A DNA stretch of 64,000 bases, taken from contig CAWDIT010000013.1 in assembly GCA_963802435.1 (NCBI GenBank), positions 111,113-175,112 on the forward strand, given 5' to 3'. Shown here one piece after another: positions 1 through 11,531 of this stretch (its first letter is position 1; every line of letters begins with the position of its first letter). Origin of the DNA: an uncultured bacterium (GTDB lineage Bacteria > Pseudomonadota > Gammaproteobacteria > Burkholderiales > Burkholderiaceae_C). A model generated the notes under the pieces. It did no database searches. It had not been told where the DNA came from and was given only the letters and a program-made list of their open reading frames with translations. The position numbers were made by a program, and so were the translations under genes.

Positions 1-2283
<2,283 letters not shown>

Positions 2284-2305
2284 AACTCAGCCCCGTGAAA
2301 CCCCT

Positions 2306-2827
2306 ATGCTGACCGACGACGGCAAACACCTGTACGTGTCCTGGGACGAGTACCACATGTTGATCGAGCGCCTCGCGCTCAAGATCAGCGCGTCCGGGTG
2401 GAACTTCGATCAGATCCTGTGCCTGGCGCGCGGTGGCATGCGCCCTGGCGACGTGCTTTCGCGGGTCTTCGACAAGCCGCTGGCGATCATGTCGACGAGT
2501 TCCTACCGTGCCGATTCCGGCACGATCCAGGGCCGCCTCGACATCGCGAAGTACATCACCTTGCCGCAGGGCGAACTTGCCGGTCGCGTCTTGCTGGTCG
2601 ATGATCTGGCCGATTCGGGCGTGACGCTGCGCGCGGTGGTCGACCGCCTGCGCGGCATGCCTGCCATCGTGGAACTTCGCTCGGCGGTGATCTGGACGAA
2701 GGGCGTGTCGTCGTACATACCCGACTATTTCGTCGAGATGCTGCCGACCAGTCCGTGGATTCACCAGCCGTTCGAGGAGTATGACGACCTGCGACCCGAA
2801 GGGCTGGCGAAGAAGTTCGCGATTTGA
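2306..2827 (+). CDS. purine phosphoribosyltransferase family protein (Gpt/xanthine-guanine PRT-like)
   Basis: ATG at 2306. The PRPP-binding motif VLLVDDLADSGVT is present, and the overall layout resembles E. coli Gpt (WDEY.., ARGG.., WIHQPFE). Confidence 0.8.
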   Translation: MLTDDGKHLYVSWDEYHMLIERLALKISASGWNFDQILCLARGGMRPGDVLSRVFDKPLAIMSTSSYRADSGTIQGRLDIAKYITLPQGELAGRVLLVDDLADSGVTLRAVVDRLRGMPAIVELRSAVIWTKGVSSYIPDYFVEMLPTSPWIHQPFEEYDDLRPEGLAKKFAI

Positions 2828-2880
2828 GGCTGTTGCCCGCCTCGCCATGCGAACCGCCGGCAGCGCTGTTGCGAATGCCC

Positions 2881-2909
2881 AAAAAAGCAAAACGCGCCGT
2901 AGCGCGTTT
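2881..2909 (-). terminator. Rho-independent terminator downstream of tRNA-Leu, possibly bidirectional
   Basis: An 8-bp stem (aaacgcgc / gcgcgttt) with a 4-nt loop at 2890..2909. On the minus strand it is followed by GCTTTTTT. Confidence 0.7.
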
Positions 2910-2920
2910 GTCAATTCTCT

Positions 2921-3005
<85 letters not shown>

Positions 3006-3081
3006 ATTTCAGGAAGCGTGAGATTCTATCATCATCAAAACAACAAACCCAACTTCTCCCCCTGCCACCGGTGCTGCGCTC

Positions 3082-5298
3082 ATGAGCGAAGTCGACGGCG
3101 TGATCCAGGGACACCGCGACGGCCACGGCTTCGTCCAGCGTGGCGACCGCCAGCCCGACATCTATCTGTCGCCGCAGGAAATGCGCGCAGTCATGCACCG
3201 GGACCAGGTGCGCGTGCGCATCATTCGCTACGATCGCAAGGGACGCCCCGAGGGACGCGTGCTCGAGATCCTCGAGCGCAGGAAGTCGCCGATCATCGGT
3301 CGCCTGCTGCACGAAGCGGGCATCTGGCTCGTCGCGCCGGAGGACAAGCGTTACGGCCAGGACATCATGGTGCCGAAGAACGGCCTCGCGAATGCCGCGG
3401 TCGGGCAGGTCGTCGCGATCGAGCTGACCGAACCGCCGTCGCTCTACTCGCAGCCGATGGGTCGCGTGACCGAGGTACTGGGCGAGATCGACGATCCGGG
3501 CATGGAGATCGAGATCGCAGTGCGCAAGTTCGAAGTGCCGCACCGCTTCTCGCCCGAGACGCTGGCCCAGGCCGGTGAACTGCCGGACAGGATTCGCACG
3601 ATCGACCGCAAGGGCCGGATCGACCTGACGGATGTGGCGTTGGTCACGATCGACGGCGAAGACGCGCGTGACTTCGACGACGCGGTGTACTGCGAGCCGC
3701 TCAGGCAGGGTCGCGGAAAGACCGCCGCCGAGGGCTGGCGCCTGGTCGTGGCGATCGCCGACGTGAGCCACTACGTCAAGCCCGGCGAGCCGATCGACGT
3801 CGACGCCTACGAGCGCGCGACCTCGGTCTACTTCCCGCGCCGGGTGATCCCGATGCTGCCGGAAAAGCTCTCCAACGGCCTGTGTTCGCTGAATCCGAAC
3901 GAGGACCGGCTGGCGATGGTGTGCGACATGGTCGTCACGACCACCGGCGAGATCGAGGCCTATCAGTTCTACCCGGCGGTGATCTGCTCGCACGCGCGCT
4001 TCACGTACAACGAGGTCGCGGCGATCCTGGCCAACACGCGCGGTCCGGAAGCCGCGAAGCGCAGCGACCTGGTGCCTCATCTGCTCAACCTGAACGAGGT
4101 CTACCGCGCGTTGCTGAAGGATCGCGCTCGGCGCGGCGCGATCGACTTCGAGACGACCGAGACGCAGATCGTCTGCGACGAGAACGGTCGCATCGAGAAG
4201 ATCGTCCCGCGCACCCGCACCGAGGCGCACAAGCTGATCGAGGAGTCGATGCTGGCGGCCAACGTCTGCTCGGCGGACTTCATCGAGCGTGGCAAGCACC
4301 CGGCGCTGTATCGCGTCCACGAGGGGCCGACGCCCGAGAAGCGGGCGGTGCTGCAGAGCTACCTGAAGGCGCTCGGCCTCGGGCTGTCGATCAGCGACGA
4401 TCCGAAGCCGGGCGAATACCAGAGCATCGCCGCGGCCACGGCCGCGCGACCGGACGCGCAGCAGATCCACATGATGCTGCTGCGCTCGATGCAGCAGGCC
4501 GTCTATACCGGTGCCAATGAGGGGCATTTCGGTCTGGCCTATCCCGCCTACACGCACTTCACGAGTCCGATTCGCCGCTACCCGGACCTGCTGGTGCACC
4601 GCGTCATCAAGGCGTTGCTGACGGGCAGACGCTACTCGCTGATCAGCGGCATCACCGAGGCGCACGGCAGGGCCAGGAAGAGCGCCGCTGCCGAAGAGGA
4701 GCAGTGGGAAACGGCGGGCACGCATTGCAGCGCCAACGAGCGCCGCGCCGACGAGGCCTCGCGCGACGTCGAGGCCTGGCTCAAGTGCCGCTACATGCGC
4801 GAACACCTGGGCGAGGAATTCGGCGGCACGGTGAGCGCGGCGACGAGCTTCGGGCTGTTCGTCCAGCTCGACGGCCTGTATGTCGAAGGGCTGGTTCACA
4901 TCACCGAACTCGGCGGCGAATACTTCCGCTTCGACGAGGCGCGCCAGGAACTGCGTGGCGAACGCAGCGGCATGCGCTACACCGTCGGATCGAGGGTGCG
5001 GGTGCAGGTCAGCCGGGTCGACCTCGACGGCCGCAGGATCGACTTCCGGTTGGTCGACGAAGGCGAGGAAGCCGCGCTGATGGCGCGCGCGCGACGCGAC
5101 AAGTTCGGCGACAAGGCGGGCGACCGGAGCACGGGCGCCGGTGCGGTTGGCGAACTCGCCGCCGTGACGCAGGCCGACCGGGCGCTGAAGGCGGCGGGCA
5201 GGGCCCGTGCGGGAGCGGGAAAGGGCGCACATCCGGTGCGCGCCGCGAAGGAGGCGGCGCGCAAGGGCGCAGCGGGAAAGACGATCAAGCGCCGCTGA
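3082..5298 (+). CDS. rnr: ribonuclease R (RNB-family 3'-5' exoribonuclease)
   Basis: Cold-shock-like N-terminus (GHGFV), RNB core (DGEDARDFDDAVY, YFPRRVIPMLPE, HFGLA..YTHFTSPIRRYPDL), an S1 domain and a Lys/Arg-rich tail. Confidence 0.93.
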   Translation: MSEVDGVIQGHRDGHGFVQRGDRQPDIYLSPQEMRAVMHRDQVRVRIIRYDRKGRPEGRVLEILERRKSPIIGRLLHEAGIWLVAPEDKRYGQDIMVPKNGLANAAVGQVVAIELTEPPSLYSQPMGRVTEVLGEIDDPGMEIEIAVRKFEVPHRFSPETLAQAGELPDRIRTIDRKGRIDLTDVALVTIDGEDARDFDDAVYCEPLRQGRGKTAAEGWRLVVAIADVSHYVKPGEPIDVDAYERATSVYFPRRVIPMLPEKLSNGLCSLNPNEDRLAMVCDMVVTTTGEIEAYQFYPAVICSHARFTYNEVAAILANTRGPEAAKRSDLVPHLLNLNEVYRALLKDRARRGAIDFETTETQIVCDENGRIEKIVPRTRTEAHKLIEESMLAANVCSADFIERGKHPALYRVHEGPTPEKRAVLQSYLKALGLGLSISDDPKPGEYQSIAAATAARPDAQQIHMMLLRSMQQAVYTGANEGHFGLAYPAYTHFTSPIRRYPDLLVHRVIKALLTGRRYSLISGITEAHGRARKSAAAEEEQWETAGTHCSANERRADEASRDVEAWLKCRYMREHLGEEFGGTVSAATSFGLFVQLDGLYVEGLVHITELGGEYFRFDEARQELRGERSGMRYTVGSRVRVQVSRVDLDGRRIDFRLVDEGEEAALMARARRDKFGDKAGDRSTGAGAVGELAAVTQADRALKAAGRARAGAGKGAHPVRAAKEAARKGAAGKTIKRR

Positions 5299-5363
5299 GC
5301 GGGGCGCTTCGGCCAACGACCCTGCGGGCGTCCGGCCGCGGCCGGCTCCCTACAATCGAGACA

Positions 5364-6233
5364 GTGAAACCTTCTGCCCATCCGCTCAACGCCGATCTGC
5401 ACTGCCATTCCTTCGTTTCGGACGGCACGCTCAGCCCGCAAGCCCTGGCGTCGCGCGCCAAGGCGAACGGTGTCGAGCTCTGGGCGCTGACCGATCACGA
5501 CGAAGTGGGCGGACAGCAGCGTGCTCGGGAAGCGGCGTCCGGGCTTGGCTTGCCGTGGGTCAGCGGTGTCGAGATCTCGGTCAGCTTTGCAGGCAGCACG
5601 GTGCACATCGTCGGTCTGGGCTTCGACGAGGGCGACGCAGCGCTCGTTGCGGGCCTGGGCGCAACCCGGGGCGGGCGCGAGGAGCGCGCCCGCGAGATGG
5701 CCAGGGGCCTGGCGCAGGCGGGCATCGCCGGCGCCTTCGAGGGGGCTCTGAAGTACGTCGGCAACCCCGAACTGATCTCGCGCACGCACTTCGCGCGCCA
5801 CCTGGTCGAGGCGGGCATCTGTGCCGACACTCAGGCGGTCTTTCGCAAGTACCTGGTCGAAGGCCGTCCGGGCTACGTGCCGCACCTCTGGGCGAGCCTC
5901 GCCGATGCGGTGCGCTGGATCACGCAGGCCGGTGGCGTCGCCGTGATCGCCCATCCCGGCCGCTACAAGCTCAGCCCGAACGAGGAATTCGCGCTGTTCT
6001 CCGAGTTCAAGGCGCATGGCGGACAGGGAGTCGAGATCGTGACCGGCAGTCACTATGGCGCCGACTATGCGAAGTACGGTGCAATGGCGCTCGAGTTCGA
6101 CCTGCTCGCCTCGCGGGGCTCGGACTTTCACGCGCCCGGCGAGAGTTACGCCGATCTCGGCAGGCTGCCCGGCTTGCCGGGGCACCTGAGCCCGGTGTGG
6201 GAAGCGCTTGCGCAGAAGGTCCGGCAGCCCTGA
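5364..6233 (+). CDS. PHP-domain phosphoesterase (TrpH/YciV-like)
   Basis: An in-frame GTG at 5364 gives VKPSAHPLNADLHCHSFVSDG, LTDHD, AHPGRY and GSDFH, which are PHP metal-ligand motifs. The upstream part of ORF 4704..6233 overlaps rnr and is junk. Confidence 0.8.
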   Translation: MKPSAHPLNADLHCHSFVSDGTLSPQALASRAKANGVELWALTDHDEVGGQQRAREAASGLGLPWVSGVEISVSFAGSTVHIVGLGFDEGDAALVAGLGATRGGREERAREMARGLAQAGIAGAFEGALKYVGNPELISRTHFARHLVEAGICADTQAVFRKYLVEGRPGYVPHLWASLADAVRWITQAGGVAVIAHPGRYKLSPNEEFALFSEFKAHGGQGVEIVTGSHYGADYAKYGAMALEFDLLASRGSDFHAPGESYADLGRLPGLPGHLSPVWEALAQKVRQP

Positions 6234-6267
6234 CGGGAGGCGCCGAGACGCAGCAGCGTTGCCGGTC

Positions 6268-9200
6268 CTACTCGGCCGCCGCTTCACCCGGCTGCAGGAC
6301 TCGCACCGTGGCCTGCCGCGCGGCCGACGGTGACGCTGCCGGAGCCTTCTTCTCGCGCACCAGGTAGCTCCAGAGCACGGGCACCACGACCAGCGTCAGC
6401 AGCGTCGAGGTGATCACGCCGCCGATGATGGCGCGGCCCATCGGCGCCTGGATTTCGCCGCCGTCATTGAGGGCGAGGGCCAGCGGCAGCATGCCGAACA
6501 CCATCGCCGCGGTCGTCATCAGGATCGGACGCATGCGGATCAGTCCGGCCTGCAGCAGCGCGTCGGCCACGCTCAGCCCGGCCTTCAGGCCGTGGTTGGC
6601 GAAGTCGACGAGCAGGATCGCGTTCTTCGTCACCAGACCCATCAGCATGACGAGGCCGATCATCGAGAACACGTTCAGCGTGCTGCGCCAGAGCAGCAGC
6701 GCGAGCATCACGCCGATCAACGCCAGCGGCAGCGAGGCCATGATCGCGATCGGTTGCACGAAGCTGCCGAACTGGCTGGCGAGCACGATGTAGATGAAGA
6801 CCACTGCCAGCGCCATCGCGCCGAGCATCGCGGTGAAGGCCTCCTGCTGGTCGCGTGTCTGGCCGCCGACATCGAAGCTGAAGCCCTGCGGCAGCGCGGT
6901 CGCCTTGACGAGCTTCTGCACGTCGTCGCCCACGTCGCCGGCGGGCCGCCCCTGCACGCCGGCGAAGATCGCCTCGCGCCGTTGCAGGCTCTGGCGGCGG
7001 ATCACCGCCGGATTGTCCACCGGCTCGATGTTCGCCACCGCCTCCAGCGTGATCGGCGTGCCGTCCTTGGCGAATGCCACGGGAAGCTTGCGCATCTGTT
7101 CGATGCGCTCGCGCTGCACCTCGGGCAGGCGCAGCAGCACCTCGACCTGCTCACCGTCGGGCGTCGTCCAGTAGGTCGCCACTTCGCCGTTGACGTAGGC
7201 CCGCAGGCTGGCCGCGATCTGCGGCGCCGTGAGGCCGAGCTCGCGCACCGCGCCGGGCTTCAGGCGCACCGCGAACGCGGGCAGGCCGGGCTTGTACGAC
7301 AGTTCGACGTCGGTCGTTCCGGGGATCTTCCTGATCTTCTCGGCGAAATCCTGCGACAGCCGGGCCAGCACGACGGGGTCGCTGCCGAGGATGGTCACGT
7401 AGATCGGGCGGTCGAAACCGACCGAGACGTCGATGCCGGGGATCTTCGCGATCTTCTCGCGGATCGCGTCTTCCACTTCCTTCTGCGAGCGCTTGCGTTC
7501 GCCGCGGTCGACGAGGCCGATGTTCAGCGACGCCTGGTTGCGCCCGACCGAGAAGCCGGAGCCCTGACCACCGACGTTGGTCGAGACGTTCTTCACCTCG
7601 GGGAACGAGGCCACGATCTCCTCGACCTGGCGCACCTTCGCGTCGCTGCGCGCCAGGCTCGCGCCGACCGGCATGCGGATGCTCAACTGCGTGAAACTCT
7701 GGTCGGTCTGCGGAATGAACTCGCTGCCGACCAATGGCGCCAGAGCGAGCGCGCCGAAGAAGCTCGCGCCGCCGACGGCCAGGATCACGCCGCGCGGCGT
7801 CAGGGTCGCCAGCCGCAGGCGACGCGGCGCAGCCTTGTCGCGCCGGCCCGCGGCATCGAACGGGTGACCGTAGGCCGGAATCGGCGGGACCAGCACGCGA
7901 AAGCGGCGGGCGCTGAACGCCCAGCGGATCAGGCGCTCGTAGAGCGTGTGCATCGCGTCCAGCCCGCGATCGGTCCAGCGGATCAGGTGGGCTATGCCCC
8001 ACAGCGTCTTCAGGCGTGACGACGGCGGGTCCTTCCATACGCTCGACAGCATCGGATCGAGCGTGAAGCTGACGAACAGGCTTACGAGCACCGCCACCGC
8101 GACCGTGATGCCGAACGGGAAGAAGAACTTGCCGACGATGCCTCCCATGAAGGCCACCGGCACGAACACCGCGCAGATGGCGAAAGTCGTGGCCATCACC
8201 GCCAGCCCGATCTCCTCGGTGCCCCTGTGCGCCGCGGTGACGTGGTCCTGGCCCATGTGCAGGTGCCGCACGATGTTCTCGCGCACCACGATCGCGTCGT
8301 CGATCAGCAGGCCGATGCACAGGCTCAAGGCCATCATCGTCATGAAGTTGAGCGTGAAGCCGAAGGCGTAGACGGCGATGAAGCTCGAGATGACCGAGAT
8401 CGGCAACGTCAGCCCGGTGATCACGGTCGAGCGCCACGAGTGCAGGAACAGGAACACGATCGCCACTGTCAGCAAGGCGCCCTCGACGAGCGTGTGCTGC
8501 AAGCCGCGGAGCGACCCCTTGACGAAGTCGCTCGCCGCATAGATGAGGCGGAGCTCCACGCCCGACGGCAGGCCCTTGCGGATCTCTTCCATCTGCGCCT
8601 TCACCGCCTCACCGGTGGCGACGATATTGGCGTCCTGCTGCTTGAAGACGTTGAAGTTCACCGCACGCTGGCCGTTGATCCGCGCCACGGTGTCGGGCTC
8701 GCGCTCGCGCTCGACGATCTGCCCCAGGTCGCCCAGCGTCAACGCCAGGCCACCGCGGTTGGCGACGACGAGCGCGGCAAACTGCTTGGGGTCGCGCACG
8801 CGACCTTCGACACGCAGGATCGCGTCCTGCGAAGCGTCCGACAGCAAGCCGACCGGCTCGTCGGCATTGGCCGCACGCAGCGCGCTCGATATCTCGGCCG
8901 GCGTGATCGCATAGGCGCGCAGCCGTGTCGGGTCGAGGTCGATGCGGACCTCGCGCGTGGCCAGGCCGCTGATCTGCACCTGCGCCACGCCCTCGACGCT
9001 TTGCAGCCGCTTGCCGACGACCTGCTCGCCGAGGATCGACAGCTCGCGAGCGCTGCGCGTCGCCGACACCAGCGCCATCGTGACCACCGGCTGGCTGTTC
9101 TCGTTGTCGTAGCGCGCAATGGTCGGCGCCTTCGCGTCCTTCGGGAACGCGGCCTGCACGACCGCCACGCGATCCCTAACGTCCTGCAGCGCCTTGGCCA

Positions 9201-9501
9201 TGTCCGCGTTCAGGCTGAACTCGACGCTGGTCTGGCTGCGTCCCTCGAAGCTGCGCGACGTGATGCGCTTGACGCCGGCAATGCTGTTCAGCGCTTCCTC
9301 GATGACCTTGGTCAGCTCGCGCTCGACGGCCTCGGGTGACGCGCCGGGATAGGCGACGTCGACGAAGGCCACCGGCGGCGAGACGTCCGGCATCTGCTCG
9401 ACGCCCAGGCGCAGGTAGGAAGCGATGCCCAGCACGCACAGTGCGACCATGACCATGGTCGCGAACACGGGGTTGGCGATCGAGACGCGGGTCATCCACA
9501 T
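6268..9501 (-). CDS. RND efflux transporter, inner-membrane permease (AcrB/HAE family)
   Basis: 1077 aa with an N-terminus typical of AcrB-like pumps (SIANPVFATMVMV..). The 12-TM layout with two large periplasmic loops is inferred from hydrophobic blocks. The start may be Met3. Confidence 0.9.
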   Translation of the reverse strand: MWMTRVSIANPVFATMVMVALCVLGIASYLRLGVEQMPDVSPPVAFVDVAYPGASPEAVERELTKVIEEALNSIAGVKRITSRSFEGRSQTSVEFSLNADMAKALQDVRDRVAVVQAAFPKDAKAPTIARYDNENSQPVVTMALVSATRSARELSILGEQVVGKRLQSVEGVAQVQISGLATREVRIDLDPTRLRAYAITPAEISSALRAANADEPVGLLSDASQDAILRVEGRVRDPKQFAALVVANRGGLALTLGDLGQIVEREREPDTVARINGQRAVNFNVFKQQDANIVATGEAVKAQMEEIRKGLPSGVELRLIYAASDFVKGSLRGLQHTLVEGALLTVAIVFLFLHSWRSTVITGLTLPISVISSFIAVYAFGFTLNFMTMMALSLCIGLLIDDAIVVRENIVRHLHMGQDHVTAAHRGTEEIGLAVMATTFAICAVFVPVAFMGGIVGKFFFPFGITVAVAVLVSLFVSFTLDPMLSSVWKDPPSSRLKTLWGIAHLIRWTDRGLDAMHTLYERLIRWAFSARRFRVLVPPIPAYGHPFDAAGRRDKAAPRRLRLATLTPRGVILAVGGASFFGALALAPLVGSEFIPQTDQSFTQLSIRMPVGASLARSDAKVRQVEEIVASFPEVKNVSTNVGGQGSGFSVGRNQASLNIGLVDRGERKRSQKEVEDAIREKIAKIPGIDVSVGFDRPIYVTILGSDPVVLARLSQDFAEKIRKIPGTTDVELSYKPGLPAFAVRLKPGAVRELGLTAPQIAASLRAYVNGEVATYWTTPDGEQVEVLLRLPEVQRERIEQMRKLPVAFAKDGTPITLEAVANIEPVDNPAVIRRQSLQRREAIFAGVQGRPAGDVGDDVQKLVKATALPQGFSFDVGGQTRDQQEAFTAMLGAMALAVVFIYIVLASQFGSFVQPIAIMASLPLALIGVMLALLLWRSTLNVFSMIGLVMLMGLVTKNAILLVDFANHGLKAGLSVADALLQAGLIRMRPILMTTAAMVFGMLPLALALNDGGEIQAPMGRAIIGGVITSTLLTLVVVPVLWSYLVREKKAPAASPSAARQATVRVLQPGEAAAE

Positions 9502-9564
9502 GGCGGCAACCTCGAATTCAGCAGGTACCCGACAGCGAGTGAAGCGGGCCTGGGCGTCGTCATT

Positions 9565-10728
9565 TCAGCGCGCCGCAGCCGAGGCTGCCTGTGCCGCCGA
9601 GGCGACCGGCCCGGTGCGCGATACGACTGCTGCTTTCGCTCCTTCGCGCAGGTTGTCGAAGGGCGCCGCCAGGACCTCTGAGGTCGGCGAAAGACCTGCG
9701 AGTACCTCGACCAGCCCGCGCGACTCGTCGCGCCGGCCGGTGGTGACGGCGCGGCGCACAAGGCTGCCGTTCTCGATCACCCAGACCTGGTCCTGCCCCG
9801 CGGTGTTGCGCACGGCGAGGGCCGGCACGCTCAGGCGTTGACTGTTGTCGGGCAGCACGACCCTGGCCAGGGCGTACTGACCGGCCCGAAAGGTCTCGTC
9901 AGGGTTGGCCACCGTGACCGTCACGCCGATCGACCGCGTTCCCGGTTCGGCAGCCGGCGCGATGCGGGCCAGGCGGCCCGCCACCGGCTCCGCGACACCC
10001 TCGACCAGCACTTCCACCCGCATGCCGGGGGCGAGGCGTGAGACCTCGTGCGTGCCGACAGCGCCCGCCAGTTCGAGCTCGCCGAGATCGACGATGGAGA
10101 GGATCGCCTGCTCGACGCTGAGCTTCTCGCCCGGCAGCACATTGCGCTTGCTGACGACACCCGAGATCGGAGCCGTCAGTCCGGCCTCGTGGATGCCGAT
10201 GCGCACCGTCGCGAACTGAGCCCGGGCCGACTTGAGCTGGGCGCTCGCCGCATCGAGCCTCGCCTGGGAGGACTGCAGGGCCGTCGGAGAGATGAAGTTC
10301 TGCTGCGCCAGTCCGATGTTCGCCGCGTGCTGACGCTCGGCCTCGGCAAGTGCAGCCAGCGCCGATTCGACCGCGGCGGAGCGGTCGGTGGCGCGCGCCT
10401 GAAGGTCCGACAAATCGATCGCGCCGAGCGGCTGCCCGGCGCGCACACGACTGCCCTCGGCGACGCTCAGTTCGACCAGGGTGCCGGCAGCTTTGGCGCG
10501 GACCACGGCCGTGCGCGGCGCCACCAGCGGCCCCGAGAACTCGATGTGCAGCGGCATCGCCACGCTTTGGGGACGCACCACCTCCTGCGCCGTGAACTCG
10601 AGTGCCACCTCGGGCGGCTTGCCCTTCTTGTCGCTGGCGCCGGTGCTCGTGGCGCGCGACACCACCACCGATGCAACGCCCGCGACGATGACCGCGGCAA
10701 CTCCTCCCATCAGCCACAACTTCCGCAT
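9565..10728 (-). CDS. RND efflux periplasmic adaptor (membrane fusion protein, HlyD family)
   Basis: N-terminal TM anchor, a coiled-coil hairpin region (LQARATDRSAAVESALAALAEAERQ..) and beta-barrel segments. It lies immediately upstream of the RND permease. Confidence 0.88.
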   Translation of the reverse strand: MRKLWLMGGVAAVIVAGVASVVVSRATSTGASDKKGKPPEVALEFTAQEVVRPQSVAMPLHIEFSGPLVAPRTAVVRAKAAGTLVELSVAEGSRVRAGQPLGAIDLSDLQARATDRSAAVESALAALAEAERQHAANIGLAQQNFISPTALQSSQARLDAASAQLKSARAQFATVRIGIHEAGLTAPISGVVSKRNVLPGEKLSVEQAILSIVDLGELELAGAVGTHEVSRLAPGMRVEVLVEGVAEPVAGRLARIAPAAEPGTRSIGVTVTVANPDETFRAGQYALARVVLPDNSQRLSVPALAVRNTAGQDQVWVIENGSLVRRAVTTGRRDESRGLVEVLAGLSPTSEVLAAPFDNLREGAKAAVVSRTGPVASAAQAASAAAR

Positions 10729-11053
10729 GGGCTCCCTTTGGTTACGACATGACCCGAGTTCACGTGCGCCTTCTCCGAGTCTGTGTCACGGCTACGACAT
10801 GACTTGACTGCAAATTGGTCCTCCCGGAGTTTTCGTCTTCCCGGCCGGACTCAGGCCTCGCAGTGTATGCAGCGCGCACGGCTGAACAAGCGCGATTGCG
10901 ACAGCTTGCAGATTGCGCGGCATCAGGTGCAGCCCGCTGCGATGGCCGAGGCCGCAGCCGCGCATTGTGCGCGATGCGTGGAAGCCACGGTCAGGCGGGG
11001 GTTCCTGGAACCTAGAATCCAGGCGACTCTCGTCGAGACCAAGGAGCAAGCCC

Positions 11054-11521
11054 GTGAAGATCAAGAGCCAGCGAGATTTCTGGGCCGGCCTGCTGTTCGT
11101 GTTCGTCGGCCTGGCGTTCGCGTGGGGTGCCACGAACTACAACTTCGGCCAGTCGGCCCGGCCCGGTCCCGGCTACTTTCCGTTCGGCCTGGGAATTCTG
11201 CTGGCGGCGCTGGGTGCGATCGTCCTGTTCAAGGCGCTGACCATCGAGACGACCGACGGCGACCCGGTGGGCAGCTTCGCCTGGAAGCCGCTGCTCTACA
11301 TCGCCGGTACGGTGACGCTGTTCGGCTGGGTGCTGCCGCACCTGGGCATGTTCATCGCGTTGCCTGTTCTCGTCGTCGTGGCAGCGCGTGCCGGCGACGA
11401 GTTCCACTGGGGCGAGGTGCTGCTCAACGCCGCCCTCCTGACGGCAGGCAGCTGGGTCATCTTCATCTGGGGGCTGAACCTGACGATTCCGCTCTGGCCT
11501 TCGTCAGCCTTCGGGCACTGA
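11054..11521 (+). CDS. tctB: tripartite tricarboxylate transporter small membrane subunit TctB
   Basis: GTG at 11054 is preceded by AAGGAG at 11041. The roughly 155-aa product has 4 TM segments (DFWAGLLFVFVGLAF..) and is followed 10 nt later by tctA. Confidence 0.8.
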   Translation: MKIKSQRDFWAGLLFVFVGLAFAWGATNYNFGQSARPGPGYFPFGLGILLAALGAIVLFKALTIETTDGDPVGSFAWKPLLYIAGTVTLFGWVLPHLGMFIALPVLVVVAARAGDEFHWGEVLLNAALLTAGSWVIFIWGLNLTIPLWPSSAFGH

Positions 11522-11531
11522 AGGGCGCGAG

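Noticed and set aside
3006-3081. Possibility that RNase R starts further upstream, since the N-terminal HTH domain seems absent
   Set aside because: The tRNA gene ends 76 nt upstream and there is no in-frame upstream start, so the short N-terminus appears genuine and unremarkable.
6268-10728. RND pump pair lacking an outer-membrane factor and a local regulator
   Set aside because: Two-gene RND operons that borrow a TolC-like channel encoded elsewhere are common, so this is not unusual in itself.
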